Shown: piece by piece, positions 54,157 to 64,000 of the stretch
Layout of the letters: each line of letters starts with the position of its first letter
Numbering within the stretch: the first letter of the stretch is position 1
Made by a program: the position numbers and the translations under genes
Source: Octopus vulgaris
Taxonomy: Eukaryota
Direction of reading: 5' to 3'
DNA length: 64,000 nucleotides
Assembly: GCA_951406725.2 (NCBI GenBank)
Contig: OX597841.1
Location: 6,324,001 to 6,388,000 of the forward strand
The notes under the pieces: model-generated
The model's input: only the letters and a program-made list of their open reading frames with translations
Told to the model about the DNA's origin: nothing
Databases searched by the model: none

Positions 54157-55020
54157 TTACTTTCTCAGCTCAAACTTTAGTTCTTTGCGCAACGTCGACG
54201 TAATCTGCGGCATTTGTTTACAATAATAGTTTTTCGTCTTATTCGAATTTTGGTATTCTAAAGTGGCAACATGGTTACAGACCGCAGTTAACAGTTTCAT
54301 AATTTCCCATTCAGTGCCATATTCCTTCAATATTTTACTTAAAGTTTGCATAAACCACGAACCTGTATTTTTATCCCTTATTGACGGATATTCTTTATGC
54401 GACGAATGGAATACCAACATATCTGCCATGATTGGAATTTTCGGTGGCTTTTCTTCAAGTCCGGAACTGCGAGCATCTTCGGAACTGCAATCCTCTTGGT
54501 AACTGCAAGCATCTACTTCTTCGACTCCAACATCAATCTTGCTTCCACGACATGCTTGAATAAATATTAATTTAGGTATTCCTTTTAGAGATGGACAGCG
54601 ATCGGGTCTCAGGCAAGAAAGCATTTCGTCTAGCTCAGCTTCACCCGCGGATCCATATATGATATCGTTTTCACCGCCATGGCTCAGAATCGCACAAATA
54701 AAGCAGTCAATATTATCTTCAATATCAGGATTATCGTTGTGAAAGTCTTCCAAAGCCTCGAACATCTCCTTCTTTGTTGCATCTGTATAAACTTTGATAT
54801 CAGTCTCGTGAAATCCAAGTTGTATTAATGCCGTTTTAAAATCTTCTGTGTCTTTTGATGAGCCGTGACGAATTGAAAGTTTTGAGTCTTTAAACTTCTC
54901 ATTGTTGAAGATGTAGACAACACCTCGCTTTTTATGTTTCATGTCATATTTATCGAAACATTTCCTTAAATCTTCCCCAGTTGTACTCACATTGTCAAGT
55001 TCACAATCCATATCATCCAT
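54157..55020 (-). CDS. Single-exon caspase-3/7-like protease with expanded linker
   Basis: 287 aa with RHGSSKD, LSHG, QACRG, linker EEVDACSYQEDCSSEDARSSG, and KQMP. Confidence 0.95.
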   Translation of the reverse strand: MDDMDCELDNVSTTGEDLRKCFDKYDMKHKKRGVVYIFNNEKFKDSKLSIRHGSSKDTEDFKTALIQLGFHETDIKVYTDATKKEMFEALEDFHNDNPDIEDNIDCFICAILSHGGENDIIYGSAGEAELDEMLSCLRPDRCPSLKGIPKLIFIQACRGSKIDVGVEEVDACSYQEDCSSEDARSSGLEEKPPKIPIMADMLVFHSSHKEYPSIRDKNTGSWFMQTLSKILKEYGTEWEIMKLLTAVCNHVATLEYQNSNKTKNYYCKQMPQITSTLRKELKFELRK

Positions 55021-55078
55021 TCTAGAAATGCGATAAGCTGAAATTAGTTCCGGGTATGGTATATAGATTGATAGTTAA

Positions 55079-55103
55079 TGCGCATGCGTCTGCGAAATTC
55101 AAC
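55079..55103 (-). promoter_or_regulatory. Conserved caspase promoter motif (NRF1-like)
   Basis: Minus strand GTTGAATTTCGCAGACGCATGCGCA. Confidence 0.6.
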
Positions 55104-55318
55104 CGAATTGCTTTTGACCTGAAATCAAAAGAGAAAGTGAAAGTTGTTTTTCAACAGGAATTAAATGAAACGACAACTGGTTGCATGTAAACTGCAATCG
55201 GCTGCTCAGCACTTCAGCTGCACAAACCAGGTCAGCCTTCAGACGAGATCAAAGGCTTTTGAAATTTCCTCATTCGCTTTCAAATAACATTTATTTATTC
55301 CTTCCTTCTTTTTTCTTG

Positions 55319-55352
<34 letters not shown>

Positions 55353-55389
55353 CTCTTTCCTTCTTTCTTTCTTTCTTTCTTTCTTTTTC

Positions 55390-55425
<36 letters not shown>

Positions 55426-55466
55426 TCCTTCTTTCTTCCCCTCTTTCTATCTCTCTCTCCGTGTTA

Positions 55467-55515
<49 letters not shown>

Positions 55516-55554
55516 CCTCTTTCTTTCTCTCTTTCCTTCTTTCTTTCTTTTTTC

Positions 55555-55588
<34 letters not shown>

Positions 55589-55786
55589 CCTCTTTCTATC
55601 TCTCTCTCCGTGTTACTTTCTTTCTTTCCTTCTTTCTTTCCTTTTCTTTCTTTCTTTCCTTTCTTTCTTTCTTTCTTCCCCTCTTTCTATCTCTCTCTCC
55701 GTGTTACTTTCTTTCTTTCTTTCTTTCTTCCCCTCTTTCTTTCTCTCTTTCCTTCTTTCTTTCTTTCTTTCTTTCTTTCTTTTTTC

Positions 55787-55824
<38 letters not shown>

Positions 55825-55934
55825 CCTCTTTCTATCTCTCTCTCCGTGTTACTTTCTTTCTTTCTTTCTTCCTTTCTTCCCCTTTTTCTATCTCTCTCTC
55901 CTTCTTTCTTTCTCTCTTTACTTCTTTCTTTCTC

Positions 55935-55966
<32 letters not shown>

Positions 55967-56013
55967 TCCTTCTTGTCGGGGAAAAGCTTTCTGTTTTCGA
56001 GTAACCGGTGTGT

Positions 56014-56226
<213 letters not shown>

Positions 56227-56261
56227 ATACTTTATTTTAAGCAGCAGAAAATTCAACAAAA

Positions 56262-56304
56262 TCTGTAACTCTGAGTTTCTCGTTGCCGTTCATCAGACAG
56301 TTTT
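56262..56304 (-). ncRNA. Minimal type I hammerhead-like motif
   Basis: Minus strand ACTGT-CTGATGA-ACG gcaa CGA-GAAAC tcaga GTT|ACAG; first pair of stem II is mismatched. Confidence 0.65.
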
Positions 56305-57634
56305 TGCTAGAATGGAACTGATATATCAATTCAATCTATACTCTTACAAACGCTACACCTTTAAAAAGAAATGGACTTGTTTGATTGGCCCTTTAGAAAA
56401 AACGGTCAATCTTCGACCGATAAACAAAAAGGTCAAAAATATATGTATATATATATAAAAAACTTATAAAAATTATAAAATCCGAGGAAAAAACCTATTG
56501 ACGTTAATGAAGACAGTGCAAATTAATGCATAGAAATTAAACCTGCTATAAATACTGCAATACATATTTATATTAAAATCTACATATATATATCAACATA
56601 CACAAAAGGATGCGCGTAAACGCCATACATACATATATAGACGTATGAATATAAATCTAAATATACACATAAAAACATGTGTACATATATTCACGCAAAC
56701 CGTCTCGCACGCAAGCTAAAATTCATCTATGTAGCAATTCTCATATACCTAGCAAAGCGGGGGGGAACGAAAGAAAGGGAAAGAGAGAAAAAGGAACGAA
56801 GGAGGGGTGGGGAAAAAAACGAAATAAGAAAAAAATTATGTATACAAGTAGTGTAACGATGTTATTGGCATCTATAGAGCCCAGTATACATACACAAGTT
56901 TGGATGGATACATATACATACCGTCGTGTATATGTGTGCTTAAGCACAAACATACTTTCACTTACACATACACAGATACGCATGCTTACAAATACATATG
57001 CTTTGCTATACACATACTTATATAAACATTCTAATTTTGACAACATTGCTTTTTTTAAAAAACATTGCTTTTAAAAATGGGTGCATTAATAAAAATATAT
57101 ACGAAAGACATATAAAATAAAATAAAATATAACATCCTATTTTGGGTCATTTATAAATAATCAAGGTAATATAAATAATCAAGGTAATCCTATGCAATAC
57201 AATAACACGAAAACAAAGTTTGTAGGTTTTCCCTAATATATATGTGTAGAAACATAAGACTTTGCTATACGGATTAAGATCCGCATAGCTTGGAAACAAA
57301 AACAAAAACAAAATCAAAATCAAAATCCATCGTAGCGCTCAAGAGTCAAAATCAAAATCAAAAATCAAAAAATACAAAATATATACTCTATCCATATGGT
57401 ATATTTATATTCGACATTTTAAATTTAGCCGCGTGCCTACATAAGTTCATTAACTCACTTCTTTGATTCAAAGAATTATTGTCTTTAATTGTATGATTTG
57501 CCTCATTGTGGTTTTGTCTCTAATTTAATATAATATAAGATTTTACTATAAAATTGGATTCAATCCTAAATCTGATTTTTGCCTGTAAGATTGGATTTAT
57601 TCCCTAATATTTATTATTATATTCATATACATAT

Positions 57635-57741
<107 letters not shown>

Positions 57742-57878
57742 TCAATAAATGGTAGGGTTGTGTTGACCGCACGTGGAGAAATGATAAGTAAGGAAAATTT
57801 TTTTAAAAATGCAGAATGCTCAAATGAAAGAAAATTTTAATAAAATGAGAAAATGATAAAATATATAAATATATATAT

Positions 57879-57922
57879 TTATTCAACCGGTTTTCGTCAA
57901 TGTATGACTTGTCAAGAATATT
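57879..57922 (-). ncRNA. Hammerhead variant (U3-A8 core) in the Penelope 3' region
   Basis: Minus strand TATTC-TTGACAA-GTCA tacat TGAC-GAAA(A)C CG GTT|GAATA. Confidence 0.6.
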
Positions 57923-58555
57923 TATGTTTTAAGAAGTTTTTTTAAAAATTAGAAAGGGGAAAAAAAGAAAATTGCAATGTTTTTTGTAAAAGAATAATGA
58001 TAAAAATGTACAAAAATTAAAAAATAAGTTCTCCGATACATTGTGAGTTCGTTGTGTATCTTGAGTTTTATGGTTGTTTACCAAAAAATTACCTTGAGGT
58101 GTTAAGATCCAAAGGGATTAAGAGCATGTGATGTGTTGTGTTGTTAAATTCAGCATGTTGCAGGACAGGAAGTAGTTGTAATTGTGGTCCTGGTTCTTCA
58201 GTTCCTGTGTTGTGAGTAAGGGGAGACAACTCTTTTGAGTTCTTCAATAAAACCCAAATTATAAAACTATCATTTTAGCTTCATTTGCATTATCTTTTTT
58301 ATATAATTGCTTGTTAACTTAACTTTCAGATTTTAACACTTTATTTATATTATTTTCTAATAATATAAAACTGCATAGACAATTGCATTTCAAATTGTCA
58401 TATCATTTATAATAAAAATGATAGTAGTAACAACAACAATAGTGAAAATGATATTTAAAGAATATAAGTTTTAGCTTGAAGTGGTGAATGCATGGTATCT
58501 TTATATATTTGTGTTAGTCCATCCATGAAGAGTGAGGTAGAGAAAGGAAGTTTGA

Positions 58556-60800
58556 TCAACGAGGAGTTTGCATATTAAGTTGTGTTTGGAATTTTTCAAT
58601 AAAGAGATTCTCCTTGTTAATTCTCTCCTGTGTGGTGATCCCGTCTTTACATTGGTAGAAGGGGAATATATAGAATTTGGGGTTTAAGTCTTTAGCACAT
58701 GAGTCTAAGTGGTCACTCAGTGGAATTTGTCGGTATTCCGGGAGATTTATTTGTTCTTTATGCACCGTTACTCATTTACGTAACGGGAGACTCGTTTGTC
58801 CCACATAATTATGTTGGCAACCAGCGCATGTGAGAATGTAGATAAGGTTCTCGGAGGAACAGAAGTTAGTCTTGATTTTAAACTTCGTACCTTGTTTGAA
58901 GGTAAATTCAGAGCCTTCAAGTAGAAAGGGGCAGGTACCACAGTTTGAGCGTGCACATTTTTTTACTGTTGGGGGTGGATGTGGTGTGTGAAGTTTGGCA
59001 TTTGTCAAGAGTTTTTTTAAAGATTTGTGTTGCCTTTTGCATTTGAGGATTTTGTGTGTATTTATAATGTTTTTCATTTTTGGGTCTGTTGACAGTAGAC
59101 TGAGGTTTTGTATGATTGTGGTGTATGCTTCGATATTTTTGGGGTTGTGGGTGGAAATGTATGGAAGTATTTTGAGGTTGTGTGTGGTGTTAGGTTGGGT
59201 GGTTATCAGTGTAGTGTTGTCTAGTTCTTTGGCGCGTTTTATTCGATACTCTATAAGGGTGGAGGGATATTGACGTTGTAATAGTGTTTTTTTGAGGTCT
59301 TGAAGGCGTATTTCTCGTGTTTTTGGATCCGAGACAATGGTGCATACCCTTTTAGCTAAATTGAAAGGGATATTTGTCTTGGTGTGTTTTGGGTGGCATG
59401 AACTAAAGAGGAGGTATTGTTGTGAGTCTGTAGGTTTGTGGTAGATGTCTGTTATGATTTGGTTCTTAGGTGTTTTTATAATTAGGAGATCAAGGAATGG
59501 GAGATGATGTTTGCTTAATTCCATAGTGAATTGGATGTTGGGATGTATGTTGTTTAGTATGGTTTTGAATTCCAGGAGTTTTTCATAAGGTTCTTTCCAT
59601 ATGATGAAACAATCATCTAAATACCTTTTCCAGTTTTCCATTAGGTAGGTGTGGAAAACATGTCCAAATTTCTGGCTTGATATTTCATAGAGTGACAGTT
59701 CGAAGTAACCCATTATGAGGTTCGCAAGGACTGGTGCAGCCTTGGTACCCATCGCAATGCCACATTTTTGACGGTAGTGTGTGTCGTCGAAGAGAAAAAA
59801 ATTGTTTGTCAGAATGAACTTAAGAGATTCTGTAATAAAAGACTTGTTAATGCGGTCAGGGAATGTCTCTGGGTGTTTTTCTAGCCAGAAGTCAATTGCC
59901 TCTATACCATACTCATGTGGAATGTTGGTGTAGAGGTTGATGACATCAAAGGATACCAGGAGTGCCTCCTCGTTAACTGTTTTCGGGAGGTGTTTGAGCA
60001 TGTCCAGATCATCTCTAATGAAACTTTTGATGTGGGTAAGGAAAGGTTTCAAAAGGATGTCTAGGAAGTTACTCAGGCGGTGTGTTTCACAGGAGGTACC
60101 AGCCACGATGGGCCTTAGTTTTAGGTCCTCCGGTGCTTTGATGTTGATGTGGATGTCAGTGGAGAGTTTGCAGGCTTCGGTGATGTATTTGTTTTTATGG
60201 ATTTTAGGAAGGCCATAAAAAAGGCTGGGCTTGCATTTGAAAATGGTGATATAATCCCTTTCTTTTTCTGTGAGTCCCTGACCGTGTTGGCGTATGAGTG
60301 TGGTGAGGTTTCTGATTGTTTTTTGCTGTTTGTAGTTGTTAATAACCTCATAGAAAATGTTATTGTTAAGCATGGAGAACACTAGGTGTTTATAAAATTC
60401 CGTGTCCATAAGGACCACAGCACTCCCTTTGTCCGCTTCTTTGATGGTGAGGTTTTTATCCAGTTGTATGTCACGTAGGTTTTCCCATTCTTCCTTACTG
60501 AAATTGGATTTTACCTTGGTTTTGCTTGGGGTAAAGGGGAGACTCTGGATGTGTTTACAGAAATCGTCCAGTGTTTTATTTCTCCCTTTTGGTGGTAGGA
60601 AGTTGCTTTTATTTCTGATCAATGAATCGTCCCCATTGTTGATATCTGTCAAAGCTTCTGTTAGGCGAAGTTTTCTGCAGAATTCAGAAACGTCATCCTT
60701 GACCTCCGGGGGTTGGGTGTTCTTGGGGTGGGTGTGAATTTCAAACCTCTTGCTAGGATGTTGATTTGGGTTGGTGTCAGTGTTTTGCTGGAGAGGTTTA
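58556..60800 (-). pseudogene. Penelope RT/GIY-YIG ORF with a nonsense codon
   Basis: CGA>TGA at 58772-58774 inside the endonuclease, with 58556-58765 continuing in frame; also a 3-bp deletion relative to the right copy. Confidence 0.9.
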
Positions 60801-61143
60801 TAATTTTTGTTTTCTTATTTTGGGTCTGTGTTAGCAGTGGTGTTTGTATTTTTCCCCTCTGTCTAAAAAATGGTTGTTGAGGTAAGGGGTGTATTCTTTG
60901 TTAAAGTTCTGGTTGTATGTGTAGGAGTGTTTTGGGTGGGGAGGTTGGAGGGGGTAGGTAGTTGTCGTATTTGTGTTGGTATGGGATGCGATGGTGTAAG
61001 GATTTGTGAGAAATGCGATGGGTTTGTGGGTGTGTGTCTGGTAGATTGTATGGGGGGATGTAGGGGGGTATGTAGTTGTGGTGATTGGGTTCGTGTGGGA
61101 TGTGAGGGTTTGGAGATCTGTAGGAGATGTGGTAGGAATGTGG

Positions 61144-64000
61144 AAAACCACATTGGAAAACCACAAAACCTGGTTTTCCAATCACTCTAACACCCCTCCC
61201 CCACCGATTAGAACCTTCAAGAACCTCCCATACACTAGAAATTATCCCCCCCTCAAGGCTCCCCTCCCTCACACTAATAACAAACAAGGCATCCTACCCA
61301 CACCGATACATATAAGACCCACCCAACGAACCCCCTATAGTCCACCCATCCAACAACCACATTCCTACCACATCTCCTACAGATCTCCAAACCCTCACAT
61401 CCCACACGAACCCAATCACCACAACTACATACCCCCCTACATCCCCCCATACAATCTACCAGACACACACCCACAAACCCATCGCATTTCTCACAAATCC
61501 TTACACCATCGCATCCCATACCAACACAAATACGACAACTACCTACCCCCCTCCAACCTCCCCACCCAAAAACACTCCTACACATACAACCAGAACTTTA
61601 ACAAAGAATACACCCCTTACCTCAACAACCATTTTTTAGACAGAGGGGAAAAATACAAACACCACCGCTAACACAGACCCAAAATAAGAAAACAAAAATT
61701 ATAAACCTCTCCAGCAAAACACTGACACCAACCCAAATCAACATCCTAGCAAGAGGTTTGAAATTCACACCCACCCCAAGAACACCCAACCCCCGGAGGT
61801 CAAGGATGACGTTTCTGAATTCTGCAGAAAACTTCGCCTAACAGAAGCTTTGACAGATATCAACAATGGGGACGATTCATTGATCAGAAATAAAAGCAAC
61901 TTCCTACCACCAAAAGGGAGAAATAAAACACTGGACGATTTCTGTAAACACATCCAGAGTCTCCCCTTTACCCCAAGCAAAACCAAGGTAAAATCCAATT
62001 TCAGTAAGGAAGAATGGGAAAACCTACGTGACATACAACTGGATAAAAACCTCACCATCAAAGAAGCGGACAAAGGGAGTGCTGTGGTCCTTATGGACAC
62101 GGAATTTTATAAACACCTAGTGTTCTCCATGCTTAACAATAACATTTTCTATGAGGTTATTAACAACTACAAACAGCAAAAAACAATCAGAAACCTCACC
62201 ACACTCATACGCCAACACGGTCAGGGACTCACAGAAAAAGAAAGGGATTATATCACCATTTTCAAAGGCAAGCCCAGCCTTTTTTATGGCCTTCCTAAAA
62301 TCCATAAAAACAAATACATCACCGAAGCCTGCAAACTCTCCACTGACATCCACATCAACATCAAAGCACCGGAGGACCTAAAACTAAGGCCCATCGTGGC
62401 TGGTACCTCCTGTGAAACACACCGCCTGAGTAACTTCCTAGACATCCTTTTGAAACCTTTCCTTACCCACATCAAAAGTTTCATTAGGGATGATCTGGAC
62501 ATGCTCAAACACCTCCCGAAAACAGTTAACGAGGAGGCACTCCTGGTATCCTTTGATGTCATCAACCTCTACACCAACATTCCACATGAGTATGGTATAG
62601 AGGCAATTGACTTCTGGCTAGAAAAACACCCAGAGACATTCCCTGACCGCATTAACAAGTCTTTTATTACAGAATCTCTTAAGTTCATTCTGACAAACAA
62701 TTTTTTTCTCTTCGACGACACACACTACCGTCAAAAATGTGGCATTGCGATGGGTACCAAGGCTGCACCAGTCCTTGCGAACCTCATAATGGGTTACTTC
62801 GAACTGTCACTCTATGAAATATCAAGCCAGAAATTTGGACATGTTTTCCACACCTACCTAATGGAAAACTGGAAAAGGTATTTAGATGATTGTTTCATCA
62901 TATGGAAAGAACCTTATGAAAAACTCCTGGAATTCAAAACCATACTAAACAACATACATCCCAACATCCAATTCACTATGGAATTAAGCAAACATCATCT
63001 CCCATTCCTTGATCTCCTAATTATAAAAACACCTAAGAACCAAATCATAACAGACATCTACCACAAACCTACAGACTCACAACAATACCTCCTCTTTAGT
63101 TCATGCCACCCAAAACACACCAAGACAAATATCCCTTTCAATTTAGCTAAAAGGGTATGCACCATTGTCTCGGATCCAAAAACACGAGAAATACGCCTTC
63201 AAGACCTCAAAAAAACACTATTACAACGTCAATATCCCTCCACCCTTATAGAGTATGGAATAAAACGCGCCAAAGAACTAGACAACACTACACTGAAAAC
63301 CACCCAACCTAACACCACACACAACCTCAAAATACTTCCATACATTTCCACCCACAACCCCAAAAATATCGAAGCATACACCACAATCATACAAAACATC
63401 AGTCTACTGTCAACAGACCCAAAAATGAAAAACATTATAAATACACACAAAATCCTCAAATGCAAAAGGCAACACAAATCTTTAAAAAAACTCTTGACAA
63501 ATGCCAAACTTCACACACCACATCCACCCCCAGCAGTAAAAAAATGTGCACGCTCAAACTGTGGGACATGCCCCTTTCTACTTGAAGGCTCTGAATTTAC
63601 CTTCAAACAAGGTACGAAGTTTAAAATCAAGACTAACTTCTCCTGTTCCTCCGAGAACCTTATCTACGTTCTCACATGCGCTGGTTGCCAACATAATTAT
63701 GTTGGACAAACGAGTCTCCCGTTACGTAAACGAGTAACGGTGCATAAAGAACAAATAAATCTCCCGGAATACCGACAAATTCCACTGAGTGACCACTTAG
63801 ACTCATGTGCTAAAGACTTAAACCCCAAATTCTATATATTCCCCTTCTACCAATGTAAAGACGGGATCACCACACAGGAGAGAATTAACAAGGAGAATCT
63901 CTTTATTGAAAAATTCCAAACACAACTTAATATGCAAACTCCTCGTTGATCAAACTTCCTTTCTCTACCTCACTCTTCATGGATGGACTAACACAAATAT
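61144..64000 (+). mobile_element. Penelope-like retroelement, right copy (runs off the window)
   Basis: Inverted near-identical partner of 58505-61143. Confidence 0.92.
61850..63949 (+). CDS. Penelope-like RT + GIY-YIG endonuclease with Neptune-type Cys linker; true start is upstream
   Basis: ADKG, FYGLPKIHK, RPIV, SFDV..LYTNI, GIAMG, RYLDD, PFLD, CxxxxCxxC, LIYVLTC..C..NYVGQT. The INLS...GLKFTPTP motif lies at 61701-61780 in another frame. Confidence 0.92.
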   Translation: MTDINNGDDSLIRNKSNFLPPKGRNKTLDDFCKHIQSLPFTPSKTKVKSNFSKEEWENLRDIQLDKNLTIKEADKGSAVVLMDTEFYKHLVFSMLNNNIFYEVINNYKQQKTIRNLTTLIRQHGQGLTEKERDYITIFKGKPSLFYGLPKIHKNKYITEACKLSTDIHINIKAPEDLKLRPIVAGTSCETHRLSNFLDILLKPFLTHIKSFIRDDLDMLKHLPKTVNEEALLVSFDVINLYTNIPHEYGIEAIDFWLEKHPETFPDRINKSFITESLKFILTNNFFLFDDTHYRQKCGIAMGTKAAPVLANLIMGYFELSLYEISSQKFGHVFHTYLMENWKRYLDDCFIIWKEPYEKLLEFKTILNNIHPNIQFTMELSKHHLPFLDLLIIKTPKNQIITDIYHKPTDSQQYLLFSSCHPKHTKTNIPFNLAKRVCTIVSDPKTREIRLQDLKKTLLQRQYPSTLIEYGIKRAKELDNTTLKTTQPNTTHNLKILPYISTHNPKNIEAYTTIIQNISLLSTDPKMKNIINTHKILKCKRQHKSLKKLLTNAKLHTPHPPPAVKKCARSNCGTCPFLLEGSEFTFKQGTKFKIKTNFSCSSENLIYVLTCAGCQHNYVGQTSLPLRKRVTVHKEQINLPEYRQIPLSDHLDSCAKDLNPKFYIFPFYQCKDGITTQERINKENLFIEKFQTQLNMQTPR

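Noticed and set aside
61850-61852. TTG as the start of the Penelope protein
   Set aside because: Conserved N-terminal motifs lie upstream at 61701-61850; the ORF caller simply took the first alternative start.

Overview
AT-rich, microsatellite-dense animal DNA, most likely octopus. This is inferred from the tRNA-derived SINE families, the tandem C2H2 genes and the (CA)n/(TA)n load. The genes form a mirror-symmetric cluster. Three single-exon, short-prodomain caspase-3/7-like loci on + (one a pseudogene) and a 9-finger C2H2 gene face a 16-finger paralog and three caspase loci on - (one a 3' fragment). A 23-unit array of SINE heads and a 48-bp minisatellite lie between the two ZNF genes. The window ends in a head-to-head inverted pair of Penelope-like retroelements (RT + GIY-YIG). 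The strongest unannotated signals are: (i) many type I hammerhead ribozyme motifs, including a canonical one in a TSD-flanked ~210-bp retrozyme-like insertion just upstream of a caspase's conserved AATAAA; (ii) a U_UUU_UUA -1 slippery site that puts an upstream ORF in frame with the Penelope RT N-terminus; (iii) caspase paralogs diversified in their linker and substrate loops, one carrying an NLS-like tail split by an EETD/G site; (iv) ZNF paralogs whose differences concentrate in the recognition helices. All calls were made by eye; no searches or folding programs were run.
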